Part shown: one piece after another, positions 39,721-54,600 of the stretch
How positions within the stretch are numbered: the first letter of the stretch is position 1
Layout: each line of letters begins with the position of its first letter
NCBI GenBank assembly: GCA_003344405.1
Contig: NOWV01000013.1
Span: 124,001 to 188,000, forward strand
Reading direction: 5' to 3'
Length of the DNA: 64,000 nucleotides
Source of the DNA: Trichoplax sp. H2
Lineage: Eukaryota
Program-made: the position numbers and the translations under genes
The notes under the pieces: model-generated
The model's database searches: none
What the model was told of the DNA's origin: nothing
Seen by the model: the letters and a program-made list of their open reading frames with translations, nothing else

Positions 39721-40210
39721 GTACTGTACAGTACAATCATTACAATACGTACTGTACTGTTACAGTACTGTACACTGTAATGTACTGTTTTGTACAGTGC
39801 ACAGTCGGTTCTGGTGCTACAATGTATTGTACTGTAGAAAAAACTTCTGATTGTACAGTACAGTACAGTACTGTCCTATTCTGTACTGTATTGTACTGTA
39901 CTGTACTGTACTGTACAGTACATCATCCAGGACCGTGTGGACAGGATAAGGCCAAAGATTCCGTGACAGCTGTAGTGTACTGTACAGTACTGTACTGTAC
40001 AGTGCACTTCTACAGTACGGTGTACTCTACTGTACAGTACTGTACACTGTACACTGTAAGCCAAAGATTCCGCAACTGCTGTCCTGTACAGTGCACTTCC
40101 ACAATACAATGTATTGTAGAAGTACTGTACAGTGTACAGTACACTGTACTGTAGTCAAGGGTCATCGTCTTACAGTATGAAGACTGTAGTGTACAGTACT
40201 GTGTACTGTA
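39721..40210. repeat. Palindromic (TACAG/CTGTA)n array in the CDCA3/URB1 divergent intergenic region
   Basis: For example tgtacagtacagtacagtactgt and ctgtactgtattgtactgtactgtactgtactgtacagta. The cassette gccaaagattccg occurs twice (~39951 and ~40060). Confidence 0.92.
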
Positions 40211-40578
40211 GTTGCTTGCCACAATCCTGCTACTCGGAATCGACAATGTAGGGACTAATGCACATAACAGCCCATCCGCTAATATACTCTAGTATCACTT
40301 CAGGAGAATATCAAATTTCCCTACTTAATTAACCTTAATCGGATTCGCAGCCAGGGAAACGTGTTGAATGCAGCGAGCTGCCTCGCCACTGCAAACACCC
40401 TGCAGAGGAAAACCTTCAAGCTTGGCATTCTTCATTCCTTGCAATCGCCTTCTCAGCATCTAAATTATCATCAAGTAACAAGTAAGAAATGTAATTGGGT
40501 GCAATTCGAGCTCGAAGATAACTATAACAACTCATTTATCATACGTGCAGTAGAATCGTGATCAACGCAGGTTACATC

Positions 40579-43500
40579 ATGTCTCAGCTGGGAACAAAAA
40601 TTAGTGCAGCGATGCTGTTGGTCAACAAGAATTGGACTGAGCTATCACTCAATCAGGTAAAGCAATCGTTCGCTGAGATGATCAACTTTATTCCATGCGC
40701 ATGCTGAATACGTATAGAAGACTCCGCTAGTGTATAAAGCAATAAACGTAAAATAAGCAATAGAATAGCCAACTTTATTTTTGCACCTACCTGCGGAGAC
40801 CAATGCTGTGCAAATAGTTCTCATATTCGGGCATTGCTCAATTTTGCTTAATAAGTTCATAAGTCGATTATATCGTCGATCAATCTTCTACTTCCAGCTA
40901 TTTGAACCGACACCTAACTATAACTATTAACATCATGTTAGGTGTTTATTACCCTGCTACTAATCCATTTTGTATTTGTGATTAGTTAAATGACGCCTTC
41001 GATAAAATACACCAGACACTGGATGATGTCAAGGAAGAGAAATCTAATGTGTCAGCGGCCATTAACATTGTCAATAGCATCATAGAAAAGCATATGAGAT
41101 GCCTTTATCGCTGCTTTAGCAGGAAACCGATTGATATTGAAAGTGTTGCTTTTTGTTTACAATTGCTAACTTCCATGGTTGATGTCAATACTATTACAGC
41201 ACGTGAGGTCTCTTCCAACTTTAATTTTTCTTACAAACCATTCACCAATTTAGCACGCCGGCATTATGAGGTAATGATAATGTAAACCAATTATACTTTG
41301 CAATAATATCCAGAAAACCTTAATCAAGTCCACAAGCACGATATAGACTACCCAAATTAAACGTAAACAGATTTAGTAAACTTTGCAACTACAAGAATTT
41401 CTCTTCTACTATTAATACCAACCATGATCAAAATTCATAACATCAAAGTAAACGAATGACCAACTACCATGTGCAGAATAGTCTTGAAGTATCCTTGTTA
41501 GTAGCTTAGATAGTATCGACTCAATAAAATAAAATATTTACTTAACACAATCCTTACTGCAGTAATAAACCATAATTAATAAAAGTAGTTGTTTATAGAT
41601 CTAATATAGAAATGACAACCAGTACTGTACTATGGACTACAAGTAGAAGACCTTCTAGCAGTCCTTGCCAGTACATAAGACATGCACAATTGCACATAGC
41701 GATACATTTTAGTTGTATGCATTGTCATAAATAAAACTTCTTCTTATCATTCACAAAAGTAAAGTAAGATTGATAGCATAATTACATGAATTTTTTATAC
41801 TATGATAATACAGAAGAAAGATAGCCCTCGATACCATTACATCAAGTTCGCGTTAGCAATTCTACGATGTGGAGATTTGGAAGTTATCACACAGTCTCTG
41901 AAACTAAAAGGTCAGGTCTAACAGTCAATTCGATTATACTATTTTCGAACTACCGCAACTATCGGCATTCTTGGAACTAATAAAGTTACTTCCATAATCA
42001 TTTTGGTAGACTTTTTTCAAGTCATTATCAAAAATCTCACCGACGATCCTCCTGAATTAATTTTAAATGTTTTAACGACATTTCTTGATAGGGTATGAAA
42101 TATTAAGTGTATTCTATCCTACGCCAGTTATGGCAGGCAATTGATCAAAACCTTTGATTGCCATTTTATTAATTTTAAAGCACTCTGAACTAATAAACTA
42201 CGTTACACAGGTGATAAACAATGCTGAACTCCCTAAGAAGATCAAAGTGTTATTTTTTAATAGCTACAATTTAAGTCAGTTTGCTAGCCTTTACAGTAAT
42301 ACACAAAGTATCCCAAAGAGTAATCCAACATTACAATCAAATTCCAATTTCAACAAGCTAATACGGAAGTACCAATCGGACGATTCAAACAGAAATGAAG
42401 ACACAATTTCTATCCGCGTGCTAATACACACTTTCCTTTGTTATATATGCTGTTCTGTTAAGCATGGAGTTTGTTTCGCGAGTAAATCTATTACTGAAAA
42501 TAAAAAAAGGTTGGTCCCTTTATTGATCTATCACATAAAACTTTTACAATACCTTTTAGAGATGTCAACTACGAGTACTATCATCCATGTATATACAGAA
42601 TCTTTACGGAATATATTTTTAATCACTATCTTATCTATGCATTTATATCATTCAGGTCGATGACAACTACCAATAATCCTATTCTTCTGAAATTTTTACA
42701 AAATATCAACAAAATGAATGATGATACCCTCGTACAAAACTTAATATGTCGGATTGCTGCAAATTGCCATGATGTAGCGTTTTCCTACGTGCAAAATTTA
42801 CCTATAGCGATAGAACCGACAGCTTCTAATTGGGTACCAAACATGACATTGCTATGCAGAGTATGTACATACATACTGTAACGCTTTTCATCAATCACAT
42901 TTTGAAAATTTGTACCATTTACACTCTATCGACATAAATTAGCATTTAGTAATACTATATAATCAATATTTTAAATCTAACAATCCTTGTATGCAGCTTC
43001 TTACCTTATTACCTAAGCCTCCCGCGGAGCTATTGCCTACGAATTGTAATACCCAAAACATCGCTGATACAATTTTACCTTACATAATTCCAGCTATTGT
43101 AAGTCGTTCGACTTTGAGTCGTATTTTGCAGGTAAGAATTTTTCTCGAAATTACCTGATAAACGCTTTATAACCTGGGTTTTCAAAGTCCTGACTTCAAT
43201 AACCAAATACGCGTATATTCTATTTACCAGAATCCGTCCCACCTAACACAACTTACTGGATTAAATATTCTACTCATACTGCTTCAACGAACTATCGATT
43301 TTGTCAATATGCAAAGACAAATCATCGGTAACTCTAACGATGGCATCTTAAATGTTACACAAGCATCACTTTTCGCTCATCTACCCGATATCAAAACAAT
43401 AATTAAGATGAAGTCACTACTATCAGGTACCATTTACTCAACGTCTTGTCTCTCTGTTGCTAAATATCATTGTAATAACTGTATACCGTTGATCCCTTAT

Positions 43501-46500
43501 TCGAAATATTCAAAGTTGAAATGGATTTAATATATTTTTAAAAGATTCCGGTGAAGTACTTGATGTAGTTAAATTACGCTTCGTCCAAGTAATGAGAAAG
43601 TATCAAGAATTATCGCCTACAATATTTCAAATGGAAAGTGGTAGATTCGATGTCAGCAATATGTTATTGCAGACTAGAGAGTCCACAAACGAATCACTAG
43701 AACTCGAACTCATTCAATTGCTATCTAATGTTCCTATTGATAGCTTTAAATGGCTGCAGGTAAATCTCATTTAAATTGTGTAAGTTGCATACTATTTTCT
43801 AAGATATTTTTGTTTTCTATATGAAATATAGACCAAGTCATCTAGCAGCTCACCTTTCAGAATATTGCTTTCCATATATCAAAATACAGCACGTAATCAG
43901 ACACGAAAATTGACACTTTCATTAATTCGTAAGGTATTACCTTATATAATTAATGTCCGCTACATTATCAAATAGACAATACTAATCTCAATTACTTTAA
44001 AAGCAAATTTGATGCATAATTATGCACTTTTAATTTTTCTACATGTACAGATTTTAGCCAATACTGGACTATTTGAGAAAAATGAGCCGGAAATTGATTT
44101 ATGGATAGAATGCTTGAGAGATCATAGTGTACACGATATAGCATTCATAAATGATTGGTTAGATGAAACGATAAGGCAATTATTGCAAAACCCTTACGAT
44201 GCGATAGGTGTTCTAACTTCCGAAAACGCAAAGGCAGCGACGTCCCTAAATAAAGGAGAAGGCCCTAGGTAATTGACAGAAAAATCTATGTAATTTTTAC
44301 TATTTCAAATATTTCATTCATATTGCTGGCCCTACCTTTTTTAAACTTTTGTAATTTATCCTTTAGTCTTCCATGCAGTCCTCTTGCAAGTGCAAGCTTA
44401 CTATGTTACTCCAGATATATGGAAAGTGACAAAACCGAAAATTACCCAATCCTTAGTAAGTTATAGCGCCAGATTGTTATAAAAATTTTATCAAATTACT
44501 GCATTGTTCTTCGTTTTTGAATATTTTCCGTTAAAATTAAAGGAAACTTGGCACAATATTTGGGTAGGATTTTTAAAGGTATCAGTCGCTATCGGTGTGA
44601 CGTACTTGGAATTGTTCATAAATTAGTTCTAAAAGTGATCGATAAAGAAATCTTGTCTTCTAGGTAGGCGCAAGTATAAATGTAATTAATTATCAGACTT
44701 CATTTTCCATCATATATTCACTGAATGGTAAAATTGATATCATTCATTATCGCTCTGTTTTAATTGCCCATGGCATATAGCAAATCGTTAATCTTTAATA
44801 TGTGGAAGCTACAACATACAAGCATAGTCCTATATCATGGTAATCTTGACAAATTTCTCTCCGGATTCTGGCCTAGTGACAAAATTGAACAGGTGAATTC
44901 TGCTTCAACTAAAATCGTTATATTATGGACTCTAAAGTTTATTTATTTATATAGGCTGTAAATCCTACCATCAAAGACAGCCTAAAACTTGCTATGAATC
45001 GAATAAAAATCAAAGAAAGTATGAGAACCTGAACTTCATTAGCACTATCTTTAATATTTTGTGGATCTGTATTAAATTTTGCATCATATTGGTGTTTCAT
45101 TGTAGATGAATCAAGATCCATAAAAAAAGAATTATATGAATTACTAGCGCCTCTAAATTCTAATTCAATTTATAGCTCATTGGGAGATATTGTCAATTTC
45201 TGCAAAGACTTTCTAAAAAATGATTATGAAGTTGTTATCAACATTGTAAGGCATCGATCCTTAATTATCATAGGTATGTCGATGATTACTGCTGAAATGC
45301 TATAATTGTAGTAGATGTAATATTTGAAATATATTATAATTTTTTCATAGGAAAACCTATTGGAGAAGAATGTCTAAAAGCATTACTAAATCAGTATACA
45401 ATATCAGATCTACTTGAAGAATTGTTTTCATTATTAATTGACTCCGTCATTGTAGCTAACAGCGAAAATAGCAGTTACATAATACCATTATCGAAACGTA
45501 AAGCTGGAAATAACGACCTCGAGGGAACCTCAGTATCACCTAGGAAATTAAAGAAGCTTATTACTAGCGACTCAGAACCCTCTTATCAGCACACTGATAT
45601 TAAGTTGGAACCTTATATTTCCACAATTGTGCTTAATTCTATCAAAACATCCATGATTTCTTCGGATAATGTCGACGTACTATTAAGAGAGTTTTTGTAC
45701 TATGTAGCTATGGTCATGTCAAGCTTTCATATAGAAAAAGCGGTGAGTTAGTAATATCTTCGAGGAAAATAGCCTAGTAACAATTAAACTATCGTAACTT
45801 TTATTATTTCATAGGTATCTGATGAAGTAGAACTTATAGTTATCCCAGCGTTCGAAGAATTTTTTAATAAAATTTGCAATTGGATTGATAAAGTTATAGC
45901 AGTTGATAATAATGCCGAGTCCATAATATTGAACATCGCCAGTGTAATATTGCATAACTGTTTGATCGATCTCTGTTTTGAACTCAATTACAGCCGTAAA
46001 GCATTATTGAAGACCTGGCTGCTCGGTTATGCCAGAGTTGTATTTACAACTTATACAAAATTAAATCATGGCAATTCTAAGGAAGAACTTAAAGATCGTT
46101 TTATAATGAAGTATATTTCTAAATTGGGCTGTAACTACGATCTACTTGTGCACGAGCAATCCCAATTAGATGACTACAGTAAGTCAAGCGAACAACATTG
46201 CAAGCAACCATTATGATAATTATTTTATATATTATTTTGTAACCATACTGCAACTATCTTTTTGATAGAGAATCCTGACAACATCGATGTAGATATATGG
46301 TTGCGTTTGGTTCGTGAATTTTGTTCTAGCTTCGATGCAAAAAGCAACTTAAAAATTTTGAATATCGTTCTTCAATCAAAGTTGCCTCAGGATGACTTTA
46401 GATGCACCATTTCGTCAGTTCTTCCACATATACTACGAAATGATACCCTAATTAGTCAGATGCCGGAAAATCTTTGGTTTAACCTAGTGGCATCGACAAT

Positions 46501-49500
46501 AAATGAAGATTTCGGATCTTTAGAAACAGCTATAATAGACGTTATGCTTCAACACGTTAACATACGTCCACTACCATTAAGCACTGTAAATTATTGCTTA
46601 AAAAATAGCGGTATATCACATCTAAGTGTCCTGACGGCATTGATTTTAGATAGTCCTTTGCATGTGATGATCTTTGAAAATCGAATATTATCAAGCAAAT
46701 CCATTCCTCTTGAGTCTGAAACCTCCGAATTTTTAAAGCTTTTGGTTCATTACTGCGAGAACGTTAACCAGAATAATAAAATATCTGGCAAGTACAATAC
46801 TCCACACTTACGATTATACGCCGAAATTTACGTTTTTAATGAAAATTGTACTCTTTGTTCACGCTTTACCGTAGGTTACTCTTACTTATAAGACAATTTC
46901 TTTCTAGTTTCTTGTCTAAAGATGTTTGCTGAAATGTTTTGGCCAAATGCTTTTAACCTGTTACACAGTATTCCTGTAACATGTGATTCTCCGAATGAGG
47001 TTAGGGTATTAAGTAAATTCAATATCGTATTGATCAAGAAAGAATGCCTGAAGTTCTACTCTTTTTTTCTGTAGAAGCTGATATACAAGATTGTGTGTCA
47101 CTTATGCAAACTTGATCGTAAGTTCTGAACTTATACCAAATGATCGAATGCAACTTTAGTAATAATTATTATATTTTTCACATAAAAAGTTATACCAGAA
47201 AATATTCGTGATGTCTTGCATGAAATATTAACAAATCTACTGCATCGTGAAGACTTTATCTGGAATAAGTACAATTATTCTCGATAGAGTAGAGACTTAA
47301 TTCAATGTTTACTCTGTTTTAGTAACCATAAGAATAATTATGATCTAGATACCAGCTACTTATACTTGCAACCGTAACGGCAAAGTTGGATAGAGAAACT
47401 GAATTATACTTCATCACGGCCTGCTTTAAAGGTTTGCAAAAATTATTGGATCAAAAAGGTAAAATATCCTAGTAAATACATCGAATTCTATTTGTTTATA
47501 TCAGTCGATACTGTTTAACATTCTGGTCATCAATATCTGCTTAGTAGACGAAAACCAAATTACTCTAATGAGTCAGTATTCAAGCATCGTCCAAGCTAAA
47601 CTAACGGAGGTTTGTAACTATTCGAATAATTTACTACAATAATTAAATGTTTTCTAAGGTGCGTATATAATCCCTTAGATGCCTTTATTTTGCAGAGTTT
47701 ATGTCAAAGTTCTACATTTGAAATCGATTTTTGGAAAAATTTTGTTGATGCCATTTGCATGTACGTGATGTACCTTAAATTCGTATATCATCATCGCAAC
47801 ATTCAGCAATATTCGTATTTAGAAGCTCTTCAATAATACACTAAATATATTTTCTCATATCCGCAGGAAAGACACTTTCTTCAAACCTACCATAGATACC
47901 TTAGTTACAAGTATTGATATCATTTCCAAGATAAAGCCGCAAGATATCTCCGAACAACTTACAGTATTGTATCGACACTTCATGGTATTGATCTCAACTC
48001 ATAATAGTTTGCTACCACTGTTTGCGACAGAAAAAAGTAAATCAGCTATCATGCTCCGTTACTAGCATTTTTGTAACTGTTCGATGATCATTATGTAGAA
48101 TAAATACGCAATATTGGACTGTACTATAAGAAACAAAAATTTTTATTATGTAACGGGTTTGCCTCAGAAACAATTATTTCCCCTTCATAGATGTTACCGA
48201 AGATGATGAATGTTCGATATTGCAATTGCTTATCACCATTGAAAATTTGTCATCCGGAAGCTGCTGCGAACAAGATGATCTGGTACCGCTGCTGTGTATT
48301 TATACAGCCACATTAAAGAGGAAAGGTATGTTTAGTCCATACGTAATTCCGTACTACATATTACTATGGTATTGCTGTGCTAATAATTAGCGTACTTCGA
48401 TTATCGTAATTTAGATCAACAAACACTGTATCTCCTACAGAAATACGAATCGAATGATTTTCCGATAGCTAATGTTTGGTATGAATTATTAATTATCAAT
48501 GCTTCAGTCATAACATAATTTAAGTAATGAGAAATTATTGTAATACTTCGATGCTTAAATCTCCGGTCTTTAAGTTCACCTATAATTTGGGGCCCTGCTG
48601 CTAAAGAATACTTTAAAAATCGAAGTAAATCTGCTAGCTTTCAAACTCTCTGGGAACAACCTAGTATGCAGGAAATTTTATCAATTCTAGATCGTAAACA
48701 AATGAGAAAAAGTATCATTAATTTTCCTTTATCTCGCAATTTAAAGGTACATATGTTAAACTACTTGCGTTGTAATAAGCTGCGTGCAATATTCCTGTAG
48801 AGCATTCATGAAATAATACAGAATGTTGTTAATGTCATTGCAGGCGAAAATAGCACATTGGACATCATATTCCGACGATCCTACTCTATATGATCCTTGT
48901 TTCCTGTTACCACTCTTTTGTGGCCTGCTTCAACCAGGTACCGGCTTGAATGTAAAATACAATATCATGCTAAAGTCCCTGCAGTTTGCTTAATTTCTAT
49001 ATCTGTGAACATTAGGTTGTGTTGTTGACTGTCATCAATTCCTGGAAAGAGATTGTTTATGCTATTCTGCAGCTGCTCTTACCTCTGACGAAGATGATAT
49101 TCGTGCCATGGGTTACTACATTTTAAGCACGTTTGAGTCAGTTGCCGCTGATAGTAGATTTCGCGAAAAAACTCAGGTTGACGGAGTCTGATATCAATAC
49201 GCATGTTGTAATTCTACGCACTTAGTACCACTGATTAATTATTATTGATATTCGATTTAGATTTTCATGGTACTAGACACCTTAAAGAACAGTATCACTA
49301 GCCCAAACTACAAGCTAGCCGGCATTACAGTCAATTTAATTGCATGTTACGTCGATGTTGTCCTTCATCCCGGTAATATCGGTGCACCTAACTAAAAATA
49401 TAATTTTATCAGGTTATTATCTCTGATGCGTCTACAATATTGTTGATCTAGAGGATAAAATGTATCTAGTGCTCAACGAATATCTTCTGAAGAAACCAAC

Positions 49501-51621
49501 TTTAAATCTTCGTTCGTTACATCTGTTTCAAGGCCTGTTTACAAGCCCTAATGAGAAGGTTAGCAGTCTTCCATGATAGACCATCTAAAATTGATCTCTT
49601 AAAATGACCTTGCAAAAAATAATGTTATAGGAGCGATCATGGGCATTGAATCTCTTGAAAAATAGTTTTCGAAGAATTGAAGACTACAGCCTATACATAA
49701 AGGAAGAAATTACTCTATCTTTATTATGTTATTACAATTCCTTCTCTTGTGATACAGAGTCTCAGGTAGTCTTGTGCTCTTAAGAATCTGATAGAAATTG
49801 TTTTTTATGACCTCAAAAATTTTATTCGGTCCGTATAGGATGCTATCTTCCAGATTTTTTATAATGCTTGCAAAATACCCAGTATAGCAGTATCTTTATT
49901 AAAACATTACGGTTTCATAAATTGGATCCATATTCTGCTTCATGATAAGCGGTAAGAATAATATTAATGGTGGTGTTTATATATAGAGCCCAAATATCTA
50001 TACATCTTAACTTTGATTTATTAAACGTTCATTTCTAGGCGTGACTCGACTATTAGAACGAATCATGCTTTGAATATTCTTCTACAGTTATGGACAGCTG
50101 CTAAAAATTTGAGCGATGTACGCGTGGTAAATGATATTGCAAACCAAGTTTTCCCTTTGTGTCTAATTGTGATGAAATATTTCAGGTACTGCGAAATTAT
50201 ATTCACTAGCACGATATTATCTTGTCTTGGTTTTAATTTGTTCAAATTTTAACATTCTTTAGTAAAAAGTGCCCCTCCGAAAGTCAAATAAATTGCTTAA
50301 TTGGTCTCCTAGACTCGCTTACCAACTACTTTGCAAGCAACACCGAACCTCTGTGCTATGCAAGCGAAATTTTAAATCATTCGCCTAGTTATTTTTTGCT
50401 GTTACTGGGGTCACTCATAGTTCAAGTCAAGGACAACTTTTATAGCAATAACTCTAACTTAGGCTCTACTAGCGGTTTAAAATTTCAGATAAGTAAATTT
50501 CTTCAATTAGGTGTTATGAATGATAAAAATACCTCTACAGAATTATCTTTACAACGATTAAGCCAAAAGAGAAACTCACAAACAATGAAAGAGCATATAG
50601 ATGCTGAATGGCATTTAAAAATCGTAAATATTATCATCCGTTGCAAATTTACTAATAATACTTTACGTCCTTTAAGTGAATCATTACCTTGCACTAACCA
50701 TACTAGCGGAAATAGTAATTCTGATGGAACTGTGCAAAACAACACAGAACCTTTCATAGAAGTGTTACATGAACTCTTTAATTGGATTTATGCACTTATG
50801 AAAATACATAAATCGAATGAAGCCGGTTCTTACAAAACTGATGGAACAAAAATGGAAGATTGCGACAATTCCCAGAATTGGAGCTATTTATCTCAAAATG
50901 ATTTGATGATATGGCTTCATCATTTATTATTACATGTTCCTGCTTTACGTTTATCCATTTTGCGAAGTGAAAATAGCATTAAGAGATTACTATTAATGTA
51001 CAAATCATGTAAGTAACTAATAATAAATTAAAAGATTTTAATCATCTAACATACTCAAACCTTAATTACTGTTTTATTCCATGTAGATGAAAGCTTTAGT
51101 AATATGATCATGAAATGGTCCCGCTTAAATCAAATATTTATTATATTGTGGACAGAATTGCAAAAACATTCTGTTTACGACTCAACTGATTACAGGAATT
51201 ATATGGATAAAATTTGCAAGCTATTAACGGCCGATTCGAGTATATATCATCAATTTAGTACGAAAATACTGCCGCAATTCGACGCGGGTCTTATCGAAGC
51301 TGAATCACCATTAATGAATCATGGTATGTTAATTAAGATGATTACTGTATTTGGTAACCAATAATGCGTAAATACTCAATAAGTATCATTTTAATATTTC
51401 CTTGCTCAGAATATGTGATAGTATCCACTGGATTAATAACTCAAGAATTATGGAACGAGAAATTACAGCCAGTTAATTTCCTGTTATACATCGCACGTTG
51501 TGCATGCTTTGATGGCTCTTCCAGTATGGAGATAGGGCAAAATTACATCCAGCAATTAATGGATATCTTAGGCGGTGAGAAGAAAGTCAAGCAGATTTGC
51601 AAATTTAAAGACTATTTTTAG
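40579..51621 (+). CDS. URB1: Nucleolar pre-ribosomal-associated protein 1 (URB1/Npa1), many exons
   Basis: The N-terminal Npa1-like region has CLQLLTSMV...AREVSSNFNF, RYHYIKFALAIL and LTDDPPELILNVLTTFLDRV..N..LPKKIKVLFF. The C-terminal NopRA1-like region has YDPCFLLPLF, ALTSDEDDIRAMGYYIL, FREKTQ...LDTLKNSI, LHPEDKMY..LNEYLLKKP and ERSWALNLL. The true start may lie in a further exon near 40360-40480. Confidence 0.88.
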
Positions 51622-54600
51622 TGACTAGACGATAGGAACACAATTTGATACGCTGCGGAAATGTTCTGCGATAATTTGTACCGATTACCCATACATTGTG
51701 TATAAAGTTTGCTTTGTATAATTTCATAACGTGTCTAATGTAGATCCTATCATCAAATAACCGGCAAGATCACATATATTTGGTTGATTATTGAGCTTTG
51801 ATTCATGCCGGATTTGTACATATTTTGATATATGTGTTAAGGCTAATTTATGTTATTGATTCTGATATTAATAAATAAATTAACTATTAAGTGTTATCTC
51901 ATATTTAATTATTATCCTGTTTTATACGTATTACCTTTAATATTGATTTATATCACGTTGTCTAAAGAATGTTATTGACAAATTAAGAGATTCATATTCA
52001 GATGGTGTTATATTATTATATGACTAAGTAGACGTATAGAGTCTCAACATCAATTACATAAACCATCAATTTTATGCAATTTTGCTACAGTTTCTATTGG
52101 CAATAAATAAAGTGTTTAAAAGTTATTGTTAACGTCAACTAGGACATAGTATTATATTAGCAAGAAATGATAACATTATGGCTGAGCTAAATTTACCTAA
52201 AAGTTGCTAAAGTAGATCGATATCATGATCACTATGGATGTCTATTTTTAAGATTACTACGATGAAAAAGCATGACTCATCCAATTAGCTCCACCTTATT
52301 TTCGATGAGCTGTATGTAAAGTCATGACCTTAATTCTATTTTGAGTGATGCTACCCGAGGCTATTTCATGTCATTGAAATTTACCAAATTTGTTTTTCAA
52401 AGTGTAACCAGTTGTAAATCAAGAATAAATAAAAATATCAACTTTTTCATCCTTTATCAATCAATGCTACCCTATCTGTTATTATTAGTATTTTAATAAT
52501 TATTGTTTATTTAATATAATTCATTAATTAATTAATTAATTATTTTAATATACTATCGAATGGTATGAGAGTTGAAATAATTTCTACAGGCAAATGACAT
52601 GATCATAGTAGGGATAATCGCTGGGATCAATTTAAATAATGCCAATACTATTTTATTAATTGATCATCATGTCATGACTCATGAGTCGATATAGAAGGAT
52701 GATTATTATCATTATTACCAAAATAGATCTTAAAGTATACTTTATGATCATATAATAAATTGAAAGATTGAAAAAGGAATAAAAACTGATTGACAAGGTT
52801 AATCCTGTCAATAAGAAATTGACTGTGTCTGGTTATCTGTCTGCAAATTATTCTAATGAATGTTTACTCTATTTATCAACAGGTTATCTTTGAATTGCAC
52901 CGCAAACAGTCAATTGGCAATTTCAATGCGGATGAACAATAACTAAATTAAATGTCTTCAAAGTCTAGATGATCATCTCGAAATTTAATACAAACATGAT
53001 GCATGCCAACACTATGGGAAAAATATGACATTTCTTCATAATAAGAAATTATGGTACTATTTATCCAAGAAATTTATCCATCACTTCATTAACTCATCAC
53101 TGTATCCACGTACAAAATGGTATATTCATCACCATGCCTTTTGTAGTTTGGTCAAAAATAAATTTAACTTAGTTAGAGCTATATTAGAATGATTTTTAAT
53201 TGATCAATAGTTATAACTACACTATATGTAATTGCTCACTATTCGAGACTGCCTCAGGTAGAGCTATCTAACATTGAGAATTGAAATGCTCGTAAACTAT
53301 GCTACTAAATTATCATAACCATTCAGAACCATCCCATTAACTGTCTATTAAAAGATAGTAATGATATAGCAACTATGTAGCAAATAAAGATACAAAAACA
53401 ATGTAATTCAATTATAATTTGAGGTTAATTGTAATTATAATAAATTAATAATAACAATCTTCCTCATTAATGATTTAAACTTTCATTACATTAAATGATG
53501 GCATGATCTGAATAGAAGTATTGGCATTAATTAGTCTAGTTGATATAAAGCGATATCGTTAGCAAGTTTTTATATACAGACTTGTGTTAAAATGTATAAA
53601 TAAACAGTGCACAAATTAACGATCTTTCCACATTTGCTGATAAAAAAGGAAATGTATTGATAAGAAATTTAACCAACAGTAATGCAATATAGAATTAATA
53701 AATATAGCTCTGATATAAGAGAGTTATCATTTCAAACTCAACTGATTTCTGTAAATAATCAGACTAACAACATTAGTAGACGATTAATATACTATATGTC
53801 GTCGAATTCATGTATCGTCGTCTTGCATCATTGAAAGTGTGATGGTGATAAGTGATGACTAATCGGCTGTTGATCTATTGAGAATAGACATAATAATTCA
53901 ATTGTTTAGCTTTACTATAAGATTTTGATTTTGAATACAATCAATAGAGTGATCATAAAGTTTAATTCAAATTATGTCATTAACGATGATAATAGTAGCT
54001 AATTCATAAGGCTAATTTAAATATAAGCTAAAAGGATCAATAAGCTTGTTATTAATTAGTACGTTTATTCATCGACAACGTGCTATCTCGAATTACCTAC
54101 TCTAAATTATCGTAAGCTCAAAACGATGAAAGAATTTTAATATTTTCTCCTCCTCGATTCAGTTCATATCATAACTGTTAAGACCACAAAACCAGACGTT
54201 TTATTTAATTGTCAATGCGTATATTAATTTGTCTGTCTGATATAAAATGATTGTTATGGAATAATTTTATGTCTATGCTGTCCATGGCGCCTAATTAAAT
54301 GAAGTAAAAATTTAAGTTGTCGCACAGTACGCGCATCATTTGTAGACATTGTGTCTTGATTGTTTAGCCAACATTTGACAGTTTGTCGAAAATTATATTC
54401 ATGTCATATTTTAGGACACACCTGATAATTTTCACACGAGAACCTGAAATTAATAATATCAAGCTAAATAAAGACCAAGACAAATCGATAATATATTCCA
54501 GTATAAGTAGTAAAATGACAGTATTTCATTTATGCTGTGATGATCAATTCAGCTCCATTAAATTATATGTCACCTATGATAGTGGGAATTACAGTTTCAA

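Noticed and set aside
39721-40210. Resemblance of TACTG...CAGTA to the bacterial LexA SOS box
   Set aside because: This is animal DNA, and the spacing is generally not CTG-N10-CAG. The similarity is coincidental.
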